In this document: positions 16,940 through 26,944 of the stretch, in pieces
Layout: every line of letters starts with the position of its first letter
How positions within the stretch are numbered: the first letter of the stretch is position 1
Assembly (NCBI GenBank): GCA_020851415.1
Contig: JADZCU010000030.1
Coordinates: forward strand, 4,770-68,769
Source of the DNA: Candidatus Peregrinibacteria bacterium
GTDB lineage: Bacteria > Patescibacteriota > Gracilibacteria > UBA1369
Reading direction: 5' to 3'
DNA length: 64,000 nucleotides
Notes under the pieces: model-generated
Seen by the model: only the letters and a program-made list of their open reading frames with translations
What the model was told of the DNA's origin: nothing
Database searches by the model: none
Made by a program: the position numbers and the translations under genes

Positions 16940-18247
16940 TTACTTGCTCGCCAGCTGTTCGCGGCTTACGCCAACTCCGACGAAATCTACTGGGCAGCCG
17001 AGGAGCTCTTCGATACGTTTAACATATTTTTGAGCGTTCTCAGGGAGGTCGGAAATTTTGCGGGCTTTGTCGATTTGTTGTTTCCAACCTGGCAGTTCTT
17101 CATATTCAACTTCTACCTGATCCAGAATGTCCAGTGACGCTGGAATTGAATCGAGCTCTTTGCCCTGGTACAGGTATTTGGTAACAATTTTGATGGTGTC
17201 GAATTCATCCAATACATCCAGTTTTGTGAGGTTGATAGCTGTAAGTCCATTGATCATAACGGCATAGCGTGAGGCAACGGCGTCAAACCAGCCGCAACGG
17301 CGCGGACGGCCTGTGGTTGAACCAAACTCATTACCGGTTGTGCGAAGTTTTTCACCAACTGCATCTTCTAATTCGGATGGAAATGGACCTGCTCCAACGC
17401 GCGTCATGTAGGCTTTCATAATCCCGATGGCTGAATCAATTTTGAGGGCGCTGACGCCTGATCCGGAAACGATACCACCTATAGTCGCATTTGAAGATGT
17501 CACATATGGGTATGTTCCGTGGTCAATGTCGAGCAGGGTGCCGTTGGCGCCTTCCATGAGCAAAGTTTTTCCTTCTTCACGAGCCTTGTTTACCATGTAT
17601 ACGGTATCCTTAATATATGGGCGGATTTGTGAAAGAACGCTACGGTAGTATTCAATTTCTGCTTCTACATCGAACTCTATGTCATACATTTTTTTAAGCA
17701 TTTCGACGTTTGTGCGGATTTTGGTAACAAAGGACTCAAAATCTAAAAGATCGTTGGCGCGGATACCGCTGCGGGCGATTTTGTCGGTGTAGGCTGGTCC
17801 GATTCCACGGCCGGTTGTTCCTACTTTGGTTTTTCCTTTGCGTTCTTCCAGGGTTCTGTCGATGAGTTTGTGGTATTCAAAAACCAGGTGAGCGCGGTCG
17901 GAGATAAAGACTCGCCCTTCGACTTCGATATTGTTCTCTTTTAAAAACGCCACCTCTTCAAAGAAGGTGGGTACATGAACAACGCAGCCGTTACCAATAA
18001 TTCCTGTGACGTTTGGATATAAGACCCCGGATGGCATCAAATGAAATACAAACTTTTTGGTTTTGCCTGCCTCAACTGGATCCGGAATGTATACGGTGTG
18101 ACCCGCATTTGCACCACCGGTGGCGCGTACCACGTAATCATATTCCTGAGCCAAGATGTCGATGAGTTTCCCTTTCCCTTCATCACCCCATTGTCCGCCA
18201 ATTACTGCGCAAACTTTTCCATACTTATTGATGATATCTTGGTTCAT
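16940..18247 (-). CDS. purA: adenylosuccinate synthetase
   Basis: 435 aa. GGQWGDEGKGKLID, GGANAGHTV, GTTGRGIGPAY and GSTTGRPRRCGW. Confidence 0.95.
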   Translation of the reverse strand: MNQDIINKYGKVCAVIGGQWGDEGKGKLIDILAQEYDYVVRATGGANAGHTVYIPDPVEAGKTKKFVFHLMPSGVLYPNVTGIIGNGCVVHVPTFFEEVAFLKENNIEVEGRVFISDRAHLVFEYHKLIDRTLEERKGKTKVGTTGRGIGPAYTDKIARSGIRANDLLDFESFVTKIRTNVEMLKKMYDIEFDVEAEIEYYRSVLSQIRPYIKDTVYMVNKAREEGKTLLMEGANGTLLDIDHGTYPYVTSSNATIGGIVSGSGVSALKIDSAIGIMKAYMTRVGAGPFPSELEDAVGEKLRTTGNEFGSTTGRPRRCGWFDAVASRYAVMINGLTAINLTKLDVLDEFDTIKIVTKYLYQGKELDSIPASLDILDQVEVEYEELPGWKQQIDKARKISDLPENAQKYVKRIEELLGCPVDFVGVGVSREQLASK

Positions 18248-18434
18248 ATAAAAGATTACAGTTTAAATACGGCCGCAGTTTATCACACCGATTTTATATC
18301 ACACCACCTTATTGCAAAAATCTGCGGTAGATTTGACTAGTTGATTATTTCATTGAGTTGGAATATTCGGTTTGGGGCTTGCGTGAAACCTTATCAGCCG
18401 ATATATTGGAATTACTTTAAAAATTCTTCCATTT

Positions 18435-19397
18435 ATGATTTCGACTCCTGATCTCATCGCCCAGATTCCACATTGCTTGGCTGGGACCGATTTTCCGAAC
18501 CTTGGTGAAAAATACGAAGGGAAAGTTCGTGATAATTATATAAAGGGTGATCGTCGTATACTTATTAGTAGTGATCGTCTGTCGGCTTTCGATCGCGTTA
18601 TTTGTTTGATTCCATTCAAGGGACAGGTTCTTACTCAGATGGCAAAATTCTGGTTTGAACAAACCAAGGACATCATTGGAAATCATGTGATGAGTTATCC
18701 TGATCCGAATGTGGTTATTGGAAAACAGTGCACACCATTGCCAATTGAAATGGTGGTTCGTGGTTATATCACGGGAGTGACTTCTACAAGTGCCTGGTAC
18801 AACTATGAAAAAGGTGTTCGTGACTTCTGTGGAAATATTCTTCCGGATGGTCTGAAGAAGAACCAAAAGTTTGATAAACCAATTTTGACTCCTTCCACCA
18901 AGGCTGAGCATGGAGACCATGATGAATCTGTGTCTCGTGAGGAGATTTTGAAACGAACAACCCTGACTCCAGAGCAATACGATAAGATCGCTGATGCATC
19001 ATTGAAACTTTATCAGCGTGGTGTAGAAATTGCGGCCAAGCAGGGGATTATTCTGGTTGATACCAAGTACGAATTTGGTGTGACTCCGGAAGGCGAAATT
19101 GTATTGATTGATGAAATTCACACTCCGGACTCTTCTCGTTTCTGGTTTGCCAATGAGTATGACCAGCGTTTTGCGGCAGGCGAAGAGCAGAAGAAGATCG
19201 ATAAAGAGTATCTTCGTGAATGGTTGGCTGAAAAAGGTTTCCGTGGTGATGGTGAAATCCCGGAAATTCCTGCTGATATTAAAGCTGAAACTGCCCGCCG
19301 TTATATTGAGGCTTTTGAGCTTATTACCGGTCAGCAGTTTGTGTCTGAAGTAGGTCCTGTGCTTGAACGTATTCAAAAAAATCTTGCCACTTTGTAA
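18435..19397 (+). CDS. purC: phosphoribosylaminoimidazole-succinocarboxamide (SAICAR) synthase, long form
   Basis: 320 aa. ISSDRLSAFDRV, LVDTKYEFG and DEIHTPDSSRFW are typical PurC blocks. Confidence 0.9.
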   Translation: MISTPDLIAQIPHCLAGTDFPNLGEKYEGKVRDNYIKGDRRILISSDRLSAFDRVICLIPFKGQVLTQMAKFWFEQTKDIIGNHVMSYPDPNVVIGKQCTPLPIEMVVRGYITGVTSTSAWYNYEKGVRDFCGNILPDGLKKNQKFDKPILTPSTKAEHGDHDESVSREEILKRTTLTPEQYDKIADASLKLYQRGVEIAAKQGIILVDTKYEFGVTPEGEIVLIDEIHTPDSSRFWFANEYDQRFAAGEEQKKIDKEYLREWLAEKGFRGDGEIPEIPADIKAETARRYIEAFELITGQQFVSEVGPVLERIQKNLATL

Positions 19398-19455
19398 TTC
19401 AAGTGTTGCAGCTTGATGTTTTCTTACACCATTTATTTTTTATCATTTTCCTACC

Positions 19456-19932
19456 ATGGCAGAGAGCAAAATGTTGGTTCCACTCCTTCTGGGATCAGAA
19501 AAAGATCGCGATTGGGCAAAGAAAATTACTGATGAGCTGGATAAATGGGGTATCCCTCATAAGGTTCAGGTTGTTTCGGCTCACAAGGTTCCGGAACTTT
19601 TAGTAGAAGTTATCAAACACTACAATGCTTTTGACGGTTTGCTCTGTTATGTGACTATTGCCGGCAGATCCAACGGTTTATCCGGTTGCACCGCGGGTTC
19701 CAGCTTTCATCCGGTGATTGCCTGCCCACCGTTCTCCGATAAGGACGATATGATGGTGAATTTAAACTCAACCATTCAGATGCCTACGGATACGCCAGTC
19801 CTAACTGTACTTGATCCTCAAAACGTGGCTCTGTGCGTTGTTCGTATTTTCTCCCTTGGTAATGCAGAGCTTCGCAGCAAGTACGAGAGTCATGTGGCAA
19901 AGGTAAAGGCTTCTTTCAAACTAGATCTCTAA
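19456..19932 (+). CDS. purE: PurE, class II type (AIR carboxylase-like)
   Basis: 158 aa. LLGSEKDRDWA is in place of the GSxSD loop. The diagnostic block TIAGRSNGLSGCTAGSSFHPVIACPP resembles the class II (metazoan PAICS-type) AGRSNGLGP motif rather than the class I AGGAAHLPG motif. Confidence 0.85.
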   Translation: MAESKMLVPLLLGSEKDRDWAKKITDELDKWGIPHKVQVVSAHKVPELLVEVIKHYNAFDGLLCYVTIAGRSNGLSGCTAGSSFHPVIACPPFSDKDDMMVNLNSTIQMPTDTPVLTVLDPQNVALCVVRIFSLGNAELRSKYESHVAKVKASFKLDL

Positions 19933-19943
19933 TTTTTTGGTTT

Positions 19944-21323
19944 ATGCGTGATCCCGTTAATAATATTTCACCGCTTGATGGTCGCTATAGCAGTAAGGTA
20001 GAGGAGCTGCGTCCGTTTTTTTCGGAATTTGCTCTAATGAAGTATCGTGTCCTGGTGGAAGTTGAATGGTTTATTTATTTGAGCAATACTTTAAAGCTTC
20101 CGGGAACCAAGGTTCTGAAAGCTATGGAACTGAAAGAGATCCGCGGATTGTATGAGTATTTTGACGATGTGAACGCCAATCGCGTCAAAGAGATTGAAAG
20201 TACTACGAATCATGATGTGAAAGCCATTGAGTACTTTATTAAAGAAAACCTGGTCGATAGTTCCATTGAACCTTATTTGGAGTTTGTTCATTTCGCCTGC
20301 ACTTCTGAAGATATCAACAACCTGTCTTATGCTCTCATGTTGAAGGGGGCACTGGAATCTGTAGTTGAACCTTTGGCTACGGGCGTTGTTGTGGTAGTTC
20401 ACGATCTTGCTCAAAAATACCGAACCGTACCCATGATGTCCCGTACACATGGACAACCGGCGACACCTACGACTTTGGGTAAGGAGTTTATTAATTTCCT
20501 GGCACGATTGGAGCAACAATTGGAAGTTCTGAGTTCGGTGAAGATTATGGGTAAAATAAATGGCGCAGTTGGCAACTTTAATGCTCACGCCGTGGCTTAT
20601 CCAGAGGTTAAATGGATGGATGTGAGTAAAAAATTTATTCAACAGCTTGGTTTGACTCCAAACCTCTATACAACCCAGATTGAGAGCCATGATTTCATGG
20701 CGGAGGTGTTTGATGCCTTGAAGAGGTTTAATACCATACTTATGGATCTGGATCGTGATATGTGGACCTATATCAGCCTGGGATATTTCAAGCAAAAACT
20801 GAAAGAAGGGGAGGTTGGGTCTTCGACCATGCCTCATAAGGTAAACCCTATAGATTTTGAGAACAGCGAAGGAAATTTGGGTATAGCCAACGCTCTCTTG
20901 GAACACTTTTCAGCAAAACTCCCAGTTTCCCGAATGCAGCGTGATCTTACGGACTCCACAGTTCAGCGAAATGTGGGGTTGGCTATTGGTTATAGTGTGC
21001 TTTCCTACAAAAACTGTATACAGGGGTTGTCTAAACTTGATTTGAATAAAGCTCGTTTGGAAGAGGATCTGGAGAATAACTATGAACTGTTGGCCGAACC
21101 GATCCAGACAGTGATGCGCCGGTATAAAATTGAGGGAGCTTATGAGCAGTTAAAAGCTCTCACGCGTGGCAAGAATATTAATCAAGCCACCATATCTCAG
21201 TTTATTGACAACTTGAAGTTGCCGCCTAATGAAAAGAAAAAATTGAAATCTCTCACTCCGGCAAAGTATATTGGCCTGGCTATTGAACTGGTTGATAGCT
21301 ATGAACCACAGTTTCTTAAGTAA
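19944..21323 (+). CDS. purB: adenylosuccinate lyase
   Basis: 459 aa. SRTHGQPATPTTLGKE and the signature GSSTMPHKVNP. Confidence 0.95.
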   Translation: MRDPVNNISPLDGRYSSKVEELRPFFSEFALMKYRVLVEVEWFIYLSNTLKLPGTKVLKAMELKEIRGLYEYFDDVNANRVKEIESTTNHDVKAIEYFIKENLVDSSIEPYLEFVHFACTSEDINNLSYALMLKGALESVVEPLATGVVVVVHDLAQKYRTVPMMSRTHGQPATPTTLGKEFINFLARLEQQLEVLSSVKIMGKINGAVGNFNAHAVAYPEVKWMDVSKKFIQQLGLTPNLYTTQIESHDFMAEVFDALKRFNTILMDLDRDMWTYISLGYFKQKLKEGEVGSSTMPHKVNPIDFENSEGNLGIANALLEHFSAKLPVSRMQRDLTDSTVQRNVGLAIGYSVLSYKNCIQGLSKLDLNKARLEEDLENNYELLAEPIQTVMRRYKIEGAYEQLKALTRGKNINQATISQFIDNLKLPPNEKKKLKSLTPAKYIGLAIELVDSYEPQFLK

Positions 21324-21331
21324 GCCCTTCT

Positions 21332-21946
21332 ATGATTCTCTCCGACCGCGATATTAAACGAAAAATTGCTTCAGGTGATATTGTGATCACTTCTCCTGAC
21401 AATGACCATATGCCAAACGTTGGGGCGTCTTCCATGGACTTGCGCCTGGGAAAGTTTTTCAAAGTTTATGACCATACTAAATATGCCGTGCTTGATCCTA
21501 TGAAGCCGGAAACTTTTAAGGATGTGGCCAAACTTATTGAGATTGATGACCAAAAATCTCCATTTGTGGTTCAACCTGGGGAGTTTGTTTTAGGTGTGAC
21601 TTTGGAGAAGATTAAAATAGCTGATGACATCGTTGCTCGTGTTGAAGGTCGCAGTTCACTTGGCCGTTTGGGTATTATCATTCATTCCACTGCAGGTTTT
21701 GTGGATGCGGGATTTGAAGGAACTATTACGCTTGAAATTACGAACATCAATCGAATGCCGGTGGCTTTGTATCCTGGAATGCGCGTATGCCAGCTTGCTT
21801 TTGAAGAAATGACTTCGGTGGCAGATGTACCTTATCAGATGAAGAAGAGCTCTAAATATCAGGGGCAGCTGTATCCGGAAGAAAGTCGCATTGCCAACGA
21901 TCCTGAATTTTTGCTTTTGGCCAAGAAATTGAGTTCACGTATATAG
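21332..21946 (+). CDS. dcd: dCTP deaminase
   Basis: 204 aa. MILSDRDIKRKIASGDIVI, VEGRSSLGRLGIIIH and AGFVDAGFEG. Confidence 0.9.
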   Translation: MILSDRDIKRKIASGDIVITSPDNDHMPNVGASSMDLRLGKFFKVYDHTKYAVLDPMKPETFKDVAKLIEIDDQKSPFVVQPGEFVLGVTLEKIKIADDIVARVEGRSSLGRLGIIIHSTAGFVDAGFEGTITLEITNINRMPVALYPGMRVCQLAFEEMTSVADVPYQMKKSSKYQGQLYPEESRIANDPEFLLLAKKLSSRI

Positions 21947-22060
21947 AGAACATTCATGGCTTTTAGGAAGGTGCTTCAGTCTGCGATGTTTACGCTATGG
22001 TCTTTTTGTATTATAATAGTATGACATTTCTGCTAAATCCGTATTGAGGTTTTGGTAGTG

Positions 22061-22462
22061 ATGAAAATTATTATTAACTTTTATATTATGCCAGAACCAA
22101 TTAAGGAAGGTGGCGAGAAACAGGAAATGAACGCCGTTGCCAAGGAACTTGAGGCAATTTCACTTGCTGATGGTGATAAAAAAGATGCAAAGGAAAAGCC
22201 AAAAGTCAGTACTGAGTTTTCAAAGGAATACTATGATGAGAAACTCAAAATAAAGGAGGGTTATAAGGAGGTAAAGCCTATTTCCCCAGACGATATCGCC
22301 TACGCGGAAAAGTTTTTTTCTGATAGTAATAGTGGGAAAAAAATGGAAAAAGGTGATGTGACCAATTGGGAGGATTCTGACGGAAAAACTAAAACTAAAA
22401 CTATTCTTTGCAAAACAAGTGACGCTCCTGCGGCTTATCGTGCGTCTTCAAAGAAGGAATAG
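22061..22462 (+). CDS. hypothetical Lys/Glu-rich protein
   Basis: ORF. I prefer the ATG at 22061, which is preceded by GAGG at 22046-22049, over the TTG at 22052. No motif recognised. Confidence 0.5.
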   Translation: MKIIINFYIMPEPIKEGGEKQEMNAVAKELEAISLADGDKKDAKEKPKVSTEFSKEYYDEKLKIKEGYKEVKPISPDDIAYAEKFFSDSNSGKKMEKGDVTNWEDSDGKTKTKTILCKTSDAPAAYRASSKKE

Positions 22463-22489
22463 TGAACTGTAGTCACAATTCTTAACATT

Positions 22490-22909
22490 ATGGCTGAAGC
22501 AACACCTGACAAGACAGTGCTTTTGAGACAACTGTTTCAGTTGATGTCTTTGTCGAAAAATATTCAGACTTTGCCAAAAGAAAAATTTGAGCAGATACAA
22601 AAGAATTTTCAAAACTCTTCCATTGAAAAAATTCAGTCTGCGATCGCTCTTCTCTCGAAGGATGTTGAGCAGGCGCGGGCAAGTGCTGAAAAAGCTCATG
22701 AACTGCTAATGAAAAATACTCAAAAGGCAGCGAATGTAAGGAAACTTGAAGAGAGCGAAAAAAGGTCAGCAGAAAGGGAGGCAGCTAAGCTTATTAAACA
22801 GATCCGTCATGTGAGTGGCGGTTCCGGACATTTTTTGCCCAAGGTTCTTTTATTTGTGGCTATTCTTGCAGTCGGTTATCTGATTTTTTCAATGATGAAA
22901 AACCAGTAA
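22490..22909 (+). CDS. hypothetical coiled-coil protein with C-terminal membrane anchor
   Basis: 139 aa. The helical, charged body ends in a hydrophobic stretch, VLLFVAILAVGYLIFSMM. Confidence 0.55.
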   Translation: MAEATPDKTVLLRQLFQLMSLSKNIQTLPKEKFEQIQKNFQNSSIEKIQSAIALLSKDVEQARASAEKAHELLMKNTQKAANVRKLEESEKRSAEREAAKLIKQIRHVSGGSGHFLPKVLLFVAILAVGYLIFSMMKNQ

Positions 22910-22922
22910 ATCTACCGCTGTT

Positions 22923-23639
22923 TTATGCGGATTTAGGCCGACTGGTGCGATCAGAAATTAAGCTAAGAGATTCGGCTTTCGTTCGTTCGCCGATTCGGCG
23001 AACATGAGTTATTTCTCCGGTTTCGCCGTCCTCCGCTGACATCAAAGGTGCGAGTTCACGGATGCGTTGTTCTTCAAGCTGTATTCTTTCTTCCAGGCTT
23101 GGCGTTGGATCCGTCCCGATAAAAGTTATGCGCTTTGTCCTGCTGAACTGGTTTGGGTCTACCTGAAGTTTCTCGACACTCGCATCATCAAAGTAGAGTG
23201 TCATACCATCTGTTGGTTGTCTGGTGCTGTTTCCGTCCACTATTTTGAGTTCGTTATTTATGGTGCCGATATTGGTTACCGTCACAGGTTTTATGTGCGC
23301 TTTTACGCCAACATTTTGCTCTAAATAAGCCTGAAGTCTTACCTTCACCTGTTCTGGTGGAAGCTTACTTCTGGATTTTAGACGGGCCACTTCATCCGCC
23401 AGCAGGCGTCTGGTGAGAACTTCGGCGTTGATGCTGTTGCGGTATGTTTCTCCAACGATTTCTATCTGACGTTTTCTTTCCAGCTCTGCGGCGGCTTTTT
23501 CTTCGGCTGCTCTTTTTTCCGCAGCAGCTTTCTCGGCTTCGGCCTTTTTTTGGGCTATAGCTTCTTCATTTTCCTGGCCAATAACTTCAATCGTTTCAGT
23601 TGCGCTCGCTGGATCGGTAGTGAAACCTTCTTGAGACAT
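22923..23639 (-). CDS. hypothetical protein with Ala/Glu/Lys-rich coiled-coil segment
   Basis: 238 aa. AQKKAEAEKAAAEKRAAEEKAAAELERKRQ. No enzymatic motif. Confidence 0.55.
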   Translation of the reverse strand: MSQEGFTTDPASATETIEVIGQENEEAIAQKKAEAEKAAAEKRAAEEKAAAELERKRQIEIVGETYRNSINAEVLTRRLLADEVARLKSRSKLPPEQVKVRLQAYLEQNVGVKAHIKPVTVTNIGTINNELKIVDGNSTRQPTDGMTLYFDDASVEKLQVDPNQFSRTKRITFIGTDPTPSLEERIQLEEQRIRELAPLMSAEDGETGEITHVRRIGERTKAESLSLISDRTSRPKSA

Positions 23640-23750
23640 AGATCGATTGGTTAATGATAAAACCGGGAATGCTTAGAATTATAGCAGGTTTTCTGTTGTT
23701 TTCAACGGAGCTTACTACTAGAATACATCAGGCATTTACCCCGTATTTGT

Positions 23751-26700
23751 ATGTTTCAGTCAGTTAATCCCAAGCAGTCGTTTCCGGAGCTTGAAAATGA
23801 GCGATTAAAATTTTGGCAGGAAAATCAGATTTTCGAGAAATCTGTTGCCGCGCGTAAGGAAGAGAAAAAGTTCGTGTTTTTTGACGGACCTCCTTTTGCT
23901 AACGGCCTGCCTCACTATGGTCACATTTTGGCGAACTCATTGAAAGATGCCGTGACGCGTTATTACACTATGAAAGGTTTTTACGTTCCTCGAACCAACG
24001 GTTGGGATTGCCATGGTCTTCCGGTTGAGTATGAGATTGAGAAAGAGCTTGGTTTGAACGGTAAAAAAGATATTGAGGCTATGGGGATTGCAACATTCAA
24101 CACGAAATGTCGTGAAAGTGTTTTTCGTTATACGAAGGAGTGGGAGCAACTTTTGAAGCGTATTGCACGCTGGGTTGATTTTAACGACAGCTATGCCACG
24201 CTGGACAATGATTACATGGAATCCATCTGGTGGGTTTTTAAGCAGATCTGGCTTAAGGAAATGGTGTATCAGGGTTATAAGAGCATGCACATTTGCCCTC
24301 GTTGTGAGACACCTTTGTCGAATTTTGAGGTAAGTCAGGGATATAAAGATGTTACCGATCTTTCGGTATTTGCTAAGTTTAAACTGGTTGACGAAGATGC
24401 TTATATTTTGGCCTGGACGACAACTCCTTGGACTTTGCCTGGCAACATAGGTCTTTGTTTTGGACCGAAGATTCAGTATGTGAAAGTTGGTGTGAAATTT
24501 AATGATGGACGCGAGGAGATTTATATTTTGGCAAAAGATCTTGTTGAAAAAGTTCTTGGCAAAAATGATTCGGCTGCACAAGAGGCCAATGGTTACAGTT
24601 ACAATATTTTGGAAGAAGTGAGTGCTAAAAAAATGGAAGGTCGTGAGTATGAACCGCTTTTTGATTATTATCTCTCCATGAAGGGGAGTACCGGTTATCG
24701 TGTGGTGCTTGATGATTATGTGACAACGGAAGATGGTACCGGTGTGGTGCATATTGCTCCAATGTTTGGTGAGGACGATTACCGTGTAGCGCAAAAATAT
24801 AATTTGCCGTTGATTCAGCACGTTGGTATGGATGGAAACTTTAAGCCGGAGGTAAAAGATTTTGCCGGTAAGTTTGTCAAAGGTCAGGATCAGAATGTCG
24901 CGGAGTTTTTGGCCGGAAAAAATTTGCTTTGGAAAAAAGAGAATGTACGACACAGCTATCCTCATTGCTGGCGTTGTGACACACCACTTTTGAACTACTC
25001 AACCAGATCTTGGTTTGTGAAAGTTACGCAACTTAAACCACGCCTTTTAAAGAACAATAAAAAAATTCACTGGCAGCCTGACCATATTCAGCAGGGACGT
25101 TTTGGTAAGTGGTTGGAAGGCGCTCGTGATTGGGCGATTTCTCGTAACCGTTTCTGGGGTTGTCCGATCCCAATTTGGGAATGTGAAAGCTGTTCACATA
25201 AAGAATGTATTGGCTCGATTGCTGAACTGAAGGAACTTTCGCATGGTCAATTGCCTTTGCGTGACGGTGAACTTGATTTACACAAGCCATATATAGATGA
25301 TGTGACTCTGGATTGTACTGAATGTGGAAAAGTTATGCGTCGTATTCCGGAAGTTTTGGACTGCTGGTTTGAAAGTGGCGCCATGCCGTACGCACAGCTC
25401 CATTATCCTTTTGAAAATAAACAGGAGTTTGAAGAGAATTTTCCGGCAAATTTTATTGCGGAGGGACTTGATCAGACTCGTGGATGGTTTTATACGCTTC
25501 ATGTTTTGTCTTCGATTTTGTTTGATAAACCGGCGTTTAAAAATGTTATCGTGAACGGAATTTTGCTTGCTGCAGACGGGGAAAAACTTTCCAAGAGAAA
25601 GAAAAATTATCCGGATCCGAATGTTTTGTTTGAGACCAAGGGTGTGGACTCTACACGCATGTTCTTGTATTCCAGTACCGCTCCGCTTGCGGAGGATGTA
25701 CGTTTTTCTGAAAAACACGTGGAAGAGATTGTGAAGAAATTTACGCTGACTTTGTGGAACACTTACAGCTTCTTTGTGACGTATGCCAACATTGACAAAT
25801 GGCATCCTGAGAAAATGAAAAAGAACTTTGACCCAAGTCATAAACTCGATCAATGGATTTTGTCTGAGCTTCATCAGTTGATTCAGACTGTTACTGAAGA
25901 GATGGATGCATATAACCTGACAAAGGCTACCCGTCCCATGACTACCTTTGTCGATAATTTATCCAACTGGTACGTGCGCAGAAGTCGCCGCCGTTTCTGG
26001 AAATCCGAAAATGATGGAGATAAAGATGAGGCGTATCAGACGCTCTATACGGTTCTTGTTGAGTTCACAAAACTGTTAGCGCCATTCATGCCTTATGTTT
26101 CAGATACAATTTATACAAACTTAACAGGAGAAGCTTCTGTTCATATGGCGGATTGGCCAAAGGCGAAAAAAGCTTATATTCAGGAGAGTCTTAACCGTGA
26201 AAATTTCGTGGTGCGCCAGGTGGTAACACTTGGTCATGCCGTTCGTGATAAGGCCAATATTAAGGTTCGTCAGCCGCTTACGCTTGTTCAAATCGGGTTG
26301 CCGGCAAACTTGAGCTCAAAAATTGTTGAGGCTCAGAAAGCGGTAATATGTGAAGAGTTGAATGTTAAAGAATTGACCATCTTAAAAGATGCCGCTGAGT
26401 TTGTAACCCGCGTGGTGATTCCGAATGCCAAGGTTCTTGGACCTATCTATGGTGGAAAAGTTCAGGAGATTATCAAGAAAGCAAAAGCGGGTGAGTTTAC
26501 CGTAGGTGAGGATGGATCAGTGACTGTTGCCGGTGAAGTACTGTCAGTTGGACAGTTTGAAATGGGCTTCCAGGGCAAGGCAGGTTTTGATGTCGCCAGT
26601 GCTGATGGTGTTTCGGTTGTTCTTGATACAACCATTACGGATGAACTGAAAAATGAAGGCTATGCCCGTGAAATTATTCGCGTGATCCAGGATTTACGTA

Positions 26701-26906
26701 AAGATGCTGATTATAAAGTTGATGACCGAATTTACATTTTTGTGGAAGCTGCTCAACCGATTGATGCGGCTGTCCTGGCGTTTGCCGATTACATCAAGCG
26801 TGAAACCCTGGCTCAGGAACTTCAGGATAAAGGAAGTTTTGAATGGGATAAGGAAAAAGAGTTGGATCTTGACGGGACTAAGGTGAGAGTAGCGGTGCGT
26901 AAGTGA
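23751..26906 (+). CDS. ileS: isoleucyl-tRNA synthetase (long, type 2-like)
   Basis: 1051 aa. HIGH-region PPFANGLPHYGHIL, KMSKS-region KLSKRKKNYPDP, and editing-domain blocks (TTPWTLPGN). Confidence 0.95.
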   Translation: MFQSVNPKQSFPELENERLKFWQENQIFEKSVAARKEEKKFVFFDGPPFANGLPHYGHILANSLKDAVTRYYTMKGFYVPRTNGWDCHGLPVEYEIEKELGLNGKKDIEAMGIATFNTKCRESVFRYTKEWEQLLKRIARWVDFNDSYATLDNDYMESIWWVFKQIWLKEMVYQGYKSMHICPRCETPLSNFEVSQGYKDVTDLSVFAKFKLVDEDAYILAWTTTPWTLPGNIGLCFGPKIQYVKVGVKFNDGREEIYILAKDLVEKVLGKNDSAAQEANGYSYNILEEVSAKKMEGREYEPLFDYYLSMKGSTGYRVVLDDYVTTEDGTGVVHIAPMFGEDDYRVAQKYNLPLIQHVGMDGNFKPEVKDFAGKFVKGQDQNVAEFLAGKNLLWKKENVRHSYPHCWRCDTPLLNYSTRSWFVKVTQLKPRLLKNNKKIHWQPDHIQQGRFGKWLEGARDWAISRNRFWGCPIPIWECESCSHKECIGSIAELKELSHGQLPLRDGELDLHKPYIDDVTLDCTECGKVMRRIPEVLDCWFESGAMPYAQLHYPFENKQEFEENFPANFIAEGLDQTRGWFYTLHVLSSILFDKPAFKNVIVNGILLAADGEKLSKRKKNYPDPNVLFETKGVDSTRMFLYSSTAPLAEDVRFSEKHVEEIVKKFTLTLWNTYSFFVTYANIDKWHPEKMKKNFDPSHKLDQWILSELHQLIQTVTEEMDAYNLTKATRPMTTFVDNLSNWYVRRSRRRFWKSENDGDKDEAYQTLYTVLVEFTKLLAPFMPYVSDTIYTNLTGEASVHMADWPKAKKAYIQESLNRENFVVRQVVTLGHAVRDKANIKVRQPLTLVQIGLPANLSSKIVEAQKAVICEELNVKELTILKDAAEFVTRVVIPNAKVLGPIYGGKVQEIIKKAKAGEFTVGEDGSVTVAGEVLSVGQFEMGFQGKAGFDVASADGVSVVLDTTITDELKNEGYAREIIRVIQDLRKDADYKVDDRIYIFVEAAQPIDAAVLAFADYIKRETLAQELQDKGSFEWDKEKELDLDGTKVRVAVRK

Positions 26907-26944
26907 TTGTGTTAGAATCGGTTTAACAACTTCTTGTTTTTTCT

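Noticed and set aside
18248-18434. Purine or ZTP riboswitch upstream of purC
   Set aside because: No match by eye to the purine-riboswitch three-way junction core or to the ZTP (pfl) GGGUCGUGAC / CCGCCUGGGCA-type blocks.
18417-19376. Minus-strand ORFs (186, 72, 125 aa) opposite purC
   Set aside because: They are antisense to a clear SAICAR synthase gene. Shadow ORFs.
20091-20906. 271-aa minus-strand ORF opposite purB
   Set aside because: It is antisense to adenylosuccinate lyase, which has clear signatures, and it has no motif of its own. Shadow ORF.
23640-23750. T-box leader upstream of ileS
   Set aside because: The leader is only about 110 nt, too short for a T-box, and no T-box consensus or terminator/antiterminator pair is visible.
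23937-25874. Long minus-strand ORFs (342 aa, 85 aa, 198 aa) opposite ileS
   Set aside because: They lie entirely antisense to a well-supported 1051-aa IleRS gene. Their translations are low-complexity (Ile/Phe/Lys-rich) with no motifs, so they are shadow ORFs.
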